A DNA stretch of 64,000 nucleotides from Bellilinea sp. Lineage in GTDB: Bacteria > Chloroflexota > Anaerolineae > Anaerolineales > Anaerolineaceae. Under the pieces are notes generated by a model. That model was not told the DNA's origin. It searched no databases and saw only the letters and a list, made by a program, of their open reading frames with translations. The stretch's first letter is position 1. Each line of letters starts with the position of its first letter. Positions 19,019 through 28,098 of the stretch are shown here, in pieces. The translations under genes and the position numbers were made by a program. The stretch spans positions 8,077 through 72,076 of the forward strand of contig JAXDCA010000066.1 of NCBI GenBank assembly GCA_034678305.1. Reading direction: 5' to 3'.

Positions 19019-20641
19019 TCAAATGCGGTGCGCTAGTTCTTCAGCGCGGTAGAAATGTTGTGTTATCGGATACGCGTCAAGATTGACCTGTAGCAGCGAT
19101 GTCGGCACCAACCGGCAGTCGACCAACCGTTGCCTGTCTTTCAGCACTTCCTGGGGCGAACCGTCGGCAGCGATTGTGCCCTGGTTGACCAGAAGCACAC
19201 GGTTGGCAAAGATCACCGCCATGTCGATATCATGAGTGATGAATAAGATCGCTTCGAAATTCGGCAGCTGCAGGATAGACGATACAAAATCCATATAATT
19301 TTTGTAATCCTGACCGGCAGTTGGCTCGTCCATCACCAGGATGCGCGAACGCATGGCCAGGATAGCTGCAATACTAACCCGTTTTTGCTGCCCAAATGAC
19401 ATCGACAGCGGAGGGGTTTTCTCATACCCTCCCAGGTTGACAATCTCGATCGCGTCTTGTACCTCCTTTCTGATCGTTTCCGAATCATGCTTCAAGTTGG
19501 TTGGTCCAAAGGACAACTCTTCCGAAACAGTCGGCGCAAAGAGCATGTGGCTTGGACTCTGAAAAACATACCCAAGCATGCTGGCGATTTCAGCCACGCT
19601 GGCGCTGCGTGTATTGCGCCCGTCCACGAGCACCTCACCCTGGGTGGGCTTGAGAAGGCCGATAGCGTGCTTTACCAGCGTCGTCTTTCCGGCGCCATTC
19701 GGCCCAAGAACAGCGATGATGTCGCCGCGATGGATGTCCAGATTGATGTCGTGCAGAACCTCGGGTCCTTCCGGGTAGTGAAATGCAACATCCTTGAAGC
19801 TGACCAGAGGACCGCTAACAGCTGCGCCCGCGCCTGCCAGCGCTTGAAAGGCGGGCGGCGCGGGATCCTTGCTGGCAAGCTGGATGATCATCTGCGCTGG
19901 CAGCTTGACCTCGTGATAATCGACCCGTTCGGTCAGATGTTCTGCTAGACCGTCATAGTGGATTTCGCCCTCTTTCATAAAAAGCACCCGTTCCGGACGG
20001 ATGCGCAGCACATCCTCCACGCGGTGCTCGACCATCAACACAGTCATACCCTCATCAGCCAACTCGCGAATTAACTGCAGGGCTTCTTGGGCGCTGGCGG
20101 GATCGAGACTGGCGAGCGGCTCGTCTAACAACAGCATGCTTGGCTGCATCGCCAGCACTCCGGCCAGGGCAACCTTCTGTTTTTCTCCGCCCGAAAGGTA
20201 GAAAGTCTGCCGGTCGCGCAGGTGAGTGATCTTCAAGCGCGCCAGAGATTGCTCGACTCTCGCGATGATTTCCTCGCGCGTCAAGGCGAGGTTTTCCAAT
20301 CCAAAGGCTACCTCGTTCATGACGATCGAGCCTAATATTTGGCGTTCGGGATCTTGCAGCACGGTGCCGACCATCTGGGAAATTCTCGCCAGGGACAGGT
20401 CTTTGGTTTCCTGCCCTTGTATGAGGATATTGCCGGACAACTCGCCTTTGTAGCTGCGGGGAATTAGACCATTGATACAACGCGCCAGCGTCGTTTTTCC
20501 GCAGCCGCTGGCGCCCGCGATCAGCACGACCTGACCAGGCGTAATTTGCAGAGAGATATTCTTAATCGCCGGCTCAGTCCGGCTGCGGTAGCGGAACGAG
20601 AGATCTTGAATGATTAAAGAATATTTTGATAACATGCTCAT
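19019..20641 (-). CDS. ecfA: ECF ATPase, fused A-A' domains
   Basis: Two Walker A (GASGCGKT, GPNGAGKT), QDP/QSP loops, LSGGE/MSFGQ signatures. Confidence 0.93.
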   Translation of the reverse strand: MSMLSKYSLIIQDLSFRYRSRTEPAIKNISLQITPGQVVLIAGASGCGKTTLARCINGLIPRSYKGELSGNILIQGQETKDLSLARISQMVGTVLQDPERQILGSIVMNEVAFGLENLALTREEIIARVEQSLARLKITHLRDRQTFYLSGGEKQKVALAGVLAMQPSMLLLDEPLASLDPASAQEALQLIRELADEGMTVLMVEHRVEDVLRIRPERVLFMKEGEIHYDGLAEHLTERVDYHEVKLPAQMIIQLASKDPAPPAFQALAGAGAAVSGPLVSFKDVAFHYPEGPEVLHDINLDIHRGDIIAVLGPNGAGKTTLVKHAIGLLKPTQGEVLVDGRNTRSASVAEIASMLGYVFQSPSHMLFAPTVSEELSFGPTNLKHDSETIRKEVQDAIEIVNLGGYEKTPPLSMSFGQQKRVSIAAILAMRSRILVMDEPTAGQDYKNYMDFVSSILQLPNFEAILFITHDIDMAVIFANRVLLVNQGTIAADGSPQEVLKDRQRLVDCRLVPTSLLQVNLDAYPITQHFYRAEELAHRI

Positions 20642-20864
20642 TCATCGCCTGCGACAAATCCGAAAAGGATTTGATCTGGAATGGTCCCTGAAGATCAACC
20701 GAAATCCTAATATCAAAAAATAATTTATCGCGGTCGTCGAATACCGCATTACGATTCCACAGCGTGAAAATAATATAGCATGCTTGCGGATTAGCGTCAA
20801 TCAGAGTCCGAGATCATTCTGATGCCTCGATCCGCTCTTGCCCGCTGCTCCTTAAAAATTGTTA

Positions 20865-20945
20865 TTGACCCAGATCAATAATTATGCTAGAATATTTTTG
20901 TCGAACGTTCGGGTGCCCCCCTCACCCGGGCGTTTGACATTTAAC
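20865..20945 (+). ncRNA. Candidate small RNA or 5' hairpin with its own sigma70 promoter
   Basis: TTGACC-17-TAGAAT (20865-20893), then a 16-bp stem 20900-20938 with 3 G.U pairs and a CCCCCCT loop. Confidence 0.4.
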
Positions 20946-21016
20946 GCAACCTGGCTGTCAATCATCCGTATAATGGATATAGTTTTCCCTTTTTATCTAC
21001 AGGAAGGAAAAAGACC

Positions 21017-21757
21017 ATGAATACTGATCAACCTTCTCCAGAACCAACGGAAACAAAACCTGTCCGGCGTAAGTCCAGCGGCGCTTTTTGGGGGTTAGCG
21101 TTGATTATCGTTGGCATCGTCATCATTGCCCAGCAAACCGGTTTACTCAGCGAGCATTTCAACTGGTGGGCTTTGTTCATTCTCATCCCCGCTTTTGGAT
21201 CCTTCGCAGGAGCGTTCAGTGCTTTACAAAATACAGGTAAGTTCAATGCAGCTGCGCGCAGCGGAATTGGCGGGGGCATTGTTTTCCTGACCATCGCTTT
21301 GATGTTTCTCTTCAACCTCGATTGGGAATTATATTGGCCCGTGGTGGTTATCGCCTTCGGATTTTCGTTCTTTCTCAACGGATTCGAGACCGGAAAGGGA
21401 GCAGTCAGCCTGGTTACGGTATCGTTGTGGATTGGCCTGGGAGGGATGTTCCTCGGCCTCGGCTTTCTAGCTGACAACCTCCATTGGCTCGATCCGCAGG
21501 CTTTTTTTGGGAACAATCAATGGTGGGCGGTGGCTATCCTGATTGTCGGCGTAGGCTCATTAATCAACGCCTTGTTCCTGGCAGTCCGTACCGGGAAGTT
21601 CTTTGGAGTGGCGCTGGCTATGGCTACTTTCGGCTTACTGGTTACGGCCACAGGAGTAGTCGCATACTTGGGTATTTCATGGAATCTACTCGGACCGCTA
21701 CTTCTGATCGTCCTTGGGATCAGCATCATGCTCGGCATTTTCACGCACAAGAAATAA
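21017..21757 (+). CDS. LiaI/LiaF-like membrane protein
   Basis: FWGLALIIVG; duplicated NWWALFILIP/QWWAVAILIV and W.LYWP/WNLLGP units. Confidence 0.7.
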   Translation: MNTDQPSPEPTETKPVRRKSSGAFWGLALIIVGIVIIAQQTGLLSEHFNWWALFILIPAFGSFAGAFSALQNTGKFNAAARSGIGGGIVFLTIALMFLFNLDWELYWPVVVIAFGFSFFLNGFETGKGAVSLVTVSLWIGLGGMFLGLGFLADNLHWLDPQAFFGNNQWWAVAILIVGVGSLINALFLAVRTGKFFGVALAMATFGLLVTATGVVAYLGISWNLLGPLLLIVLGISIMLGIFTHKK

Positions 21758-21913
21758 CGAAACGAACGCAAACGGTGATCATCTAACCCATCTCCGCGCG
21801 GATTGAACGCCTGCTGTATGAAGTCTGGTTTTATTCAACCAGGCTGCGTGATTAATTTGCCATTTTCGGATAAAATTGGTGATAATATTGGTTGCTGACT
21901 TTCCAGAAACAAA

Positions 21914-22867
21914 ATGGCGAAACTCGCGTCTCCGCTCCTCCCCTCTTCGCAGATCACACCAGAATCCGTCTATCTAAACCGGCGGACTTTCATAAAACTC
22001 GCTGCGCTCGCGGCAGGTGGTTCGCTGCTATCCGCCTGCGGTATCCAATCGTCCACGCCCGGTGGGAACATAACGGTAACTCCAGACTCTGCGTCAGGAC
22101 AGACAGACGAGCTCGGCGCGCCGGTAAACACTTTCGAACAGATCACCAGCTTCAATAATTTTTACGAATTTAGCATGGACAAGACCAGCGTGGCAGAACT
22201 TGCGAAGGCCTTCCCAACATCCCCCTGGCAAGTCGAGCTCAGCGGTCTGCTGCACAATCCGCGTGTATATGATATCGACGACCTGCGCAAATTTCCGCAG
22301 GAGGAGCGCATTTACCGCTTACGCTGCGTCGAAGCCTGGTCGATGGTTATTCCATGGCTCGGCTTCCCGCTTAAAATGCTGCTGAAAGAAGCCGAACCGA
22401 TGACCAGCGCAAAATACGTGCGCTTCACCACCAGGCTGGATGAGGAGCATATGCCGGGCATTCGCAGCCTTTTGTACGATTGGCCGTACCAGGAAGGCTT
22501 GCGGCTGGATGAGGCTTTCCACGACCTGACGCTGTTGGCCACAGGGCTGTATGGAAAAGAGCTTCTGCCGCAAAATGGCGCGCCAATCCGTCTGGCAGTC
22601 CCCTGGAAATATGGTTTCAAGAGCAGCAAGTCGATCGTCAAAATTGAATTAACGGAAGAAATGCCAGCCACTTTCTGGTCAACCGCCGCGCCTGAGGAAT
22701 ACGGGTTTTATGCAAATGTCAATCCTAACGTTCCTCACCCGCGCTGGTCGCAGGAATTCGAACAGCGCATCGGTGAAACAAACCGCATTGCCACGCTTCT
22801 TTTCAACGGCTACGCCGAGCAAGTTGGGCAGCTATACGCTGATATGGATCTGCGAGTGGACTATTGA
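21914..22867 (+). CDS. msrP: Methionine-sulfoxide reductase catalytic subunit (Mo cofactor)
   Basis: NRRTFIK Tat motif, NNFYEF, RLRCVEAWSM, GAPIRL.VPWKYGFKS, HPRWSQ. Confidence 0.95.
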   Translation: MAKLASPLLPSSQITPESVYLNRRTFIKLAALAAGGSLLSACGIQSSTPGGNITVTPDSASGQTDELGAPVNTFEQITSFNNFYEFSMDKTSVAELAKAFPTSPWQVELSGLLHNPRVYDIDDLRKFPQEERIYRLRCVEAWSMVIPWLGFPLKMLLKEAEPMTSAKYVRFTTRLDEEHMPGIRSLLYDWPYQEGLRLDEAFHDLTLLATGLYGKELLPQNGAPIRLAVPWKYGFKSSKSIVKIELTEEMPATFWSTAAPEEYGFYANVNPNVPHPRWSQEFEQRIGETNRIATLLFNGYAEQVGQLYADMDLRVDY

Positions 22868-22906
22868 AGTTTGATTCTTGAAAAATGAGGCGGCTTGCAC
22901 CGCTGC

Positions 22907-24280
22907 TTAAAGAGCAAACAGAAATGACAAATCGTTGACGTTTGTCTGAGTCGGCCCGGATATGAGCAGATCGTCGAGCGCCTCGAAGAAATGGTAAGAA
23001 TCGTTACGCTCAAGGTAATCCTGCGGGTCCATGCCGAGTTCCCTTGCTCGCTGCAAGGTCGTGCCGGTGACAATTGCCCCGGCGGCGTCTGTAGGGCCGT
23101 CACCTCCGTCGGTCGCCAGCGTGATCAGCGAAAGATCCTTTAGCCCGGCCATTTCGACCACCGCGCCAAGCGCGACTTCCTGATTGCGTCCGCCAAGCCC
23201 GTCACCACGCACGACCACGGTTGTTTCTCCGCCGGCTGCGATGCAGGCTGGCCGCGGCAGCGGGTGATCACTGACTGCCAGCTGGCGAGCGATCGCTGCC
23301 AGGCTGCGCCCCACCTGTCGCGCCTCTCCCTGCAGATACGTGGTCAGCAGCAATGAGTGTAATCCGCAGGCGCGCGCCTCTTCCAGTCCAGCCAACGCAG
23401 CCTGCTGGTTGCTGCCAATGATATGATAATATGCCCGCTTAAAAATTTCGTCGCCTGGTTTGAGCGTATCACTCACGCTGCCTGCTGCGCCAGCTTGCAA
23501 CCTGGTCAATACCGAAGCAGGGATTTTTCCTGCCAGCTGGTAGCGTTTAATAATGTCGAGCGACTCCTCGAAGGTGGTCGCATCCGACACTGTTGGTCCT
23601 GAAGCAATCACTTCTTTCACGTCACCGACCACATCGGACAACGCCAGTGTAATCAGTTCCGCTGGCGCTGCTGCGCGGGCCAGTCCCCCACCCTTGATTT
23701 CGTCCAGGTGTCTGCGCAACGTGTTGAACTCTTCGATCGATGCCCCGCAGGCCAGCATGCTGGCAGTGACCGCTTGCAAGTCGTCCAAGGTAACGTCACC
23801 TGCCGGCGCGGTCAGCAAAGCTGATCCGCCGCCAGAAATCAGGCAGATCACCAGATCATTCTTGCCAGCCTGTTTTAGCAATTCGATCATCTCGATGGTC
23901 GCATTTTGTCCACGCTCGTCGGGTAAAGGGTGACCCGCCTCGACGATTTTGATCCGGTCCGGCAGCATCTCCTGCGTATTGCCGGCGTACCCCTCTTTGA
24001 CGATAATCAACCCGGCAGTAATGACATCCAGCAAGATTTTTGCTGCCGCGTGGGCCATTGGCGCGCCGGCTTTTCCTGCCCCAACCAGCCAGATGTGTCG
24101 GAGGCTTCTCAAATTCCAGGTTTTCTTGCCGACAGTCAACAGGTCCCCGGCTCGAATCAGACTACGCGCCACTGCAACCTCCGGATCAACGGCGCGGATG
24201 GCAGCCTGCAATACTCTTTGGATGATATCTCCCTGGGGCATTTCTCTGAGGCTGTAGGTGTCAAATTTGTCGAGGGGCAT
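22907..24280 (-). CDS. Glycerate 2-kinase (GckA/TtuD, MOFRL family)
   Basis: GAGKA, HPLPD, SGGGSAL, GGETTV, GGRNQE, TDGGDG, TNVND. Confidence 0.93.
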   Translation of the reverse strand: MPLDKFDTYSLREMPQGDIIQRVLQAAIRAVDPEVAVARSLIRAGDLLTVGKKTWNLRSLRHIWLVGAGKAGAPMAHAAAKILLDVITAGLIIVKEGYAGNTQEMLPDRIKIVEAGHPLPDERGQNATIEMIELLKQAGKNDLVICLISGGGSALLTAPAGDVTLDDLQAVTASMLACGASIEEFNTLRRHLDEIKGGGLARAAAPAELITLALSDVVGDVKEVIASGPTVSDATTFEESLDIIKRYQLAGKIPASVLTRLQAGAAGSVSDTLKPGDEIFKRAYYHIIGSNQQAALAGLEEARACGLHSLLLTTYLQGEARQVGRSLAAIARQLAVSDHPLPRPACIAAGGETTVVVRGDGLGGRNQEVALGAVVEMAGLKDLSLITLATDGGDGPTDAAGAIVTGTTLQRARELGMDPQDYLERNDSYHFFEALDDLLISGPTQTNVNDLSFLFAL

Positions 24281-24510
24281 GGTTGATTCTCCTGAGATTT
24301 TCCGAGCTGGAAGATGTCCTTTTAAGATTTACTCTAAACCACTAATGGCATGAGGTTCATCTCGCCAGTACAATATGATTCTAACATCGGCGCAGGAAAA
24401 TCAACATAAATACAATGAGTTGGCTGGCAATACCAGATTCTATGCAACTTTTCACCAACAATTGAATCTATCTTGCATACCTATCTTATAAACAAGTGGA
24501 GTTGAAATTT

Positions 24511-24951
24511 ATGGCTCATAAAAATCCAACAACCTCTAAACGAAGGGCGCCTTTCCTGATCGCGGGGATCCTGATCATAGCCGTCGCGATAGGTGCTGCC
24601 GTACTTCTTTCGCATCCATCGGAAAATACCGATTCATTGCCAGTGGAAGTCAGCGTGGAAGAAGCCGCCAAATTGCGCGATGAAGGCGCGTTCATTCTCG
24701 ATGTCCGCGAGGATTATGAGTGGGCTGAAGGTCATATCCCCGGCTCGACGCTGATTCCGTTGAACGAGCTGCCTGACCGGCTCGCTGAAGTTCCACAAGA
24801 TCAGCTGGTGGTGGTGGTATGCCGCTCCGGCAACCGCAGCCAGGCTGGGCGCAATATCCTGCTTGACGCTGGTTACAGCAAAGTGACCAGCATGGCAGGC
24901 GGGGTGAGCGCCTGGAGCATTCGCGGTTATCCAATCATCAGCGGTCCTTAA
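24511..24951 (+). CDS. Membrane-anchored rhodanese-like sulfurtransferase
   Basis: N-terminal TM helix; LDVRE, GHIPG, CRSGNRS, GG..AW. Confidence 0.9.
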   Translation: MAHKNPTTSKRRAPFLIAGILIIAVAIGAAVLLSHPSENTDSLPVEVSVEEAAKLRDEGAFILDVREDYEWAEGHIPGSTLIPLNELPDRLAEVPQDQLVVVVCRSGNRSQAGRNILLDAGYSKVTSMAGGVSAWSIRGYPIISGP

Positions 24952-25026
24952 AAAGATGAATTTATTGGAGATTGAAAAAGGAAGCAGGGTATATTGTTTT
25001 CACAAATTAGTGGATATTCATTGCCT

Positions 25027-26454
25027 TTAGGCGGATTTCAACCGCTTTTCATCGATCCCTATCAATGCAAAAATCGAGAGGAAAAAGAGCAGACCAAAAA
25101 TGGCCATTAGCACGGTGTAGCCTAGCGAATCCCCAACCGGTCCGCCAATGTATGCGCCAATCGCGCCAGCCCCTGCCCCGGCCAGATTCGAAAGCCCCAG
25201 GAAACGCCCTGCATGCTCGGCGGGGACCAGATCGGTGCCCAGAGCCCAATTGGCCGTGTAAAACAGCCCCACTCCTCCACCGATCATACATCCTCCGATA
25301 TATAACGCGGTCATGGATGGCACAAGGATGATCAGCGCTGTGCCAGCGGTGGCTAATAAACCCGCCGCAGCGACCAGTATCTTCTTGCCCAACCGGTCAG
25401 CCAGCCAGCCGGCAGGCAGCGCAGTCAGCAGGATGAATATGCCAACAAACATGACGATGGTCGCTGCGGGTCCAGCCGCTTTTTCACCCTGCAAATCCGT
25501 AAATCGTTCCTGAATAAAGTAAACCAGAAAAGTCGCAACATTGGTGGAACCAACCAGAAAAGCCAGCCTATTGACCACCCACCAACGGAAGGACGCCTGA
25601 AATTGGGCATCTTTGCCGACTGCGATGCGCAGACTGGCTAAAACCCCAACAGCGACCGCAAATGCCATCGCCAGCACCCCAGCCAGCGAAGTGAGAACAG
25701 TGTTCGACGCCGGTGAAATATCGAGCGGCAGCGCCATGAACCACTTGACTAAAGCCCCCATGCCCAAGATCACCGCCGTGAAGATTGCAGTCATCAAGAT
25801 CAGTCGTAGAAAAGGCTGCCATTCTAATTTGAAGGGGGTTTTTTCCAGGGGCTTCTCTTTTACGAACATAACAACAACTGTGCAGACCGCCATGACCGCC
25901 ATCAGGGCAATCAGCGCCCCCCAAAGATTGCCTTGACTGACCAATTTTCCCATTACAAACGAAACAAATATCAATGGCACAGGTAATTCGAGCAGCGCTT
26001 TGACCCCTGAAAAGCGCCCGCGAAACTCGTCTGGTACCAGGTCAGGAATCAGGCTTTGCGTGGCGGCATGAGCAGTGTTGGATGCCAGCATGGAGAAGAC
26101 ATAGAGCAAAAAGAGCACCCAGTAGCCCTGCATGCCTTCCAGCCCGGCGGTGAATCCGATCAGCGTGAATACAATCAACTCGCCGACCGAGCCAATCAGA
26201 ATGAAAGGACGCCTTCGCCCCCATTGATGCGTCGAGCGGTCGGATAGCATGCCCATTAACGCCTGGGTCAGAACGGCTGCCATCAACGCCCATAAGCGGA
26301 TTGTGCCGACTGCACTGCCCTTAATCCCCTCGCCGACGAATTGTTGGACGAGCAGCGGGACGATCAGCGGCGAGATGGTCTGCGAGCGGGTAGTCAGCGC
26401 GAAGTAATAGATGTTGATGGTAATGAAGTCGTACCAGCGCACCGGACGATCCAA
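25027..26454 (-). CDS. MFS transporter (SLC45/sugar-like)
   Basis: GMLSDR..WGRRRPF, GWLADRLGKK; likely TTG start after GGAGG. Confidence 0.85.
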   Translation of the reverse strand: MDRPVRWYDFITINIYYFALTTRSQTISPLIVPLLVQQFVGEGIKGSAVGTIRLWALMAAVLTQALMGMLSDRSTHQWGRRRPFILIGSVGELIVFTLIGFTAGLEGMQGYWVLFLLYVFSMLASNTAHAATQSLIPDLVPDEFRGRFSGVKALLELPVPLIFVSFVMGKLVSQGNLWGALIALMAVMAVCTVVVMFVKEKPLEKTPFKLEWQPFLRLILMTAIFTAVILGMGALVKWFMALPLDISPASNTVLTSLAGVLAMAFAVAVGVLASLRIAVGKDAQFQASFRWWVVNRLAFLVGSTNVATFLVYFIQERFTDLQGEKAAGPAATIVMFVGIFILLTALPAGWLADRLGKKILVAAAGLLATAGTALIILVPSMTALYIGGCMIGGGVGLFYTANWALGTDLVPAEHAGRFLGLSNLAGAGAGAIGAYIGGPVGDSLGYTVLMAIFGLLFFLSIFALIGIDEKRLKSA

Positions 26455-26590
26455 AAAAACCCTCCACAATCCTTCTCGAGCTGTCTGCCAGCGAATATTG
26501 AAACAAAAATGGTTTCATCAGCAGGTTGATTAATCATACTATTATATAAAGAAATAGACGATCCTATACTAAAAACAAACCATCCTGTGT

Positions 26591-26658
26591 TAAAATCTAA
26601 AAACTGAGCAGCTGCAGTGGCTGGAAACATGTCATAACTTTCCGGGCAGCAATTAGTT
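26591..26658 (+). promoter_or_regulatory. Extended -10 promoter and structured 5' leader of the S-component gene
   Basis: TGnTAAAAT; nested stems AACTGA/TTAGTT, GCTGC/GCAGC, CTGGAAA/TTTCCGG. Confidence 0.4.
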
Positions 26659-26699
26659 ATATAAAGAGTAACCTACTTTCATCCCAAAGGAAAAACCAC

Positions 26700-27257
26700 A
26701 TGCCTCAAGACCGAACTCGTAAGATCGTCATTACCGGTGTATTGGGAGCTATAGCAGTACTTTTGGGTTTAACCCGGTTGGGTTTCATCCCCTGGATCAG
26801 CGGCGCATCGTTGACCATCATGCACATCCCTGCAATCATTGGCGCCATCCTCGAAGGCCCGATAGTCGGCCTTGGGATCGGACTGATCTTTGGCATTTTT
26901 AGTGTAATCCAGGCGGCGGTTGCGCCGACAGGTCCGACCGATGTCTGGTTTACCAATCCGTTGCTTGCGGTACTACCGCGCCTGTTCATTGGACCGGTTG
27001 CATGGCTCGTCTGGAAAGCATTACAGAAATGGCCCGTGGTCGGTTTGATTACCTCGGGCATTGCCGGCAGCCTGACCAACACTCTGCTGGTGCTTGGCAT
27101 GATTGGCGTGCTTGGGTTCCTGCCCTGGGCAACCTTACCACCCATCGCGGTTGCCAATGGCCTGCCCGAAGCTGGCGCATCAGCCCTGATCACGTTGATC
27201 GTCGTGGCTGCCTGGCGCCAAATCAGGATCAATAAACGCAAGGGCGCAGATCTATAA
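26700..27257 (+). CDS. panT: ECF S component, PanT-like (probably pantothenate)
   Basis: LGFIP, TIMHIP.IIGA.LEGP, PRLFIG, GSLTNT, NGLPEA. Confidence 0.75.
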   Translation: MPQDRTRKIVITGVLGAIAVLLGLTRLGFIPWISGASLTIMHIPAIIGAILEGPIVGLGIGLIFGIFSVIQAAVAPTGPTDVWFTNPLLAVLPRLFIGPVAWLVWKALQKWPVVGLITSGIAGSLTNTLLVLGMIGVLGFLPWATLPPIAVANGLPEAGASALITLIVVAAWRQIRINKRKGADL

Positions 27258-27273
27258 TCTGAACCTGTTGCGA

Positions 27274-28098
27274 TCAGCCTATCATCAGAATCGCCGCGCA
27301 GGTTGCTGCGGCTAATAACACAGCTACAGCGTCACGCCAATCGAAAGTCAGCACGACCATCGAGCCGCGCTGCGGCTTGCTGCCATACGCGCGCGCATCC
27401 ATCGCCAATGCCATTGTTTCTGCCCGCTGCAGGCTGGTCATGAACAACGGCACAATCAGCGGGATGAGTTGACGCGTACGCGCCAATAGCCCGCCTTTGC
27501 GCGTGCCCCACTCCGCACCGCGCGAGGCCTGAGCTTTGGCGATACGCTCGGTCGCCTGCGCAAGAAACGGGATGAAGCGGAATGTGACCTGAATCACCAT
27601 AACCAGATCGTGCACGGGGACGCGCAGATAGGTCAGCGGTTTCAACAGCGACCCCGTCCCGTGGATCATCTCAGAGGTCGATAATGTGAAAGATGCCAGA
27701 CTTAATTCCAGGATCAATACCATAAACCGCAGCAGCAGCTTACCCGCCGCAAGCAGCCCGCTGGCGTAAATGGTAACAAATTTCCATTGGAACAGCGGCT
27801 GCGCCTCAGGCGGATGGATCGAAATGAATACCTGCAAAATCGCCAGGATAAGCAAAAAAGGCAGCGGCGGCAGCAGACCACGCAGCGCGAAGCGTATCGG
27901 GATGCGCCCAATTGCAAAGAGGATCAGCACAAGCGTCAATGCCAGGAATAGACCAATGACACTCTTTGAAAACGTTGACGCTGCCAGCAGCAGGAAATAA
28001 ACAACGAGCATCGCGCGCGGATCACGGCGGTGCAGCAGCGAATCGAGCGGCAGGTATTGGCCAATATTGACCAGACGCAGGAATTCGAAATTATTCAC
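27274..28098 (-). CDS. ecfT: ECF transporter T component
   Basis: IGQY, DPR, RFIP, AQASRG, AMDARAY; GTG start overlapping the upstream ATPase stop. Confidence 0.9.
   Translation of the reverse strand: MNNFEFLRLVNIGQYLPLDSLLHRRDPRAMLVVYFLLLAASTFSKSVIGLFLALTLVLILFAIGRIPIRFALRGLLPPLPFLLILAILQVFISIHPPEAQPLFQWKFVTIYASGLLAAGKLLLRFMVLILELSLASFTLSTSEMIHGTGSLLKPLTYLRVPVHDLVMVIQVTFRFIPFLAQATERIAKAQASRGAEWGTRKGGLLARTRQLIPLIVPLFMTSLQRAETMALAMDARAYGSKPQRGSMVVLTFDWRDAVAVLLAAATCAAILMIG

Noticed and set aside
21914-24951. Selenoprotein versions of MsrP or rhodanese
   Set aside because: The active-site residues are Cys codons; the msrP TGA falls at the normal C-terminus.
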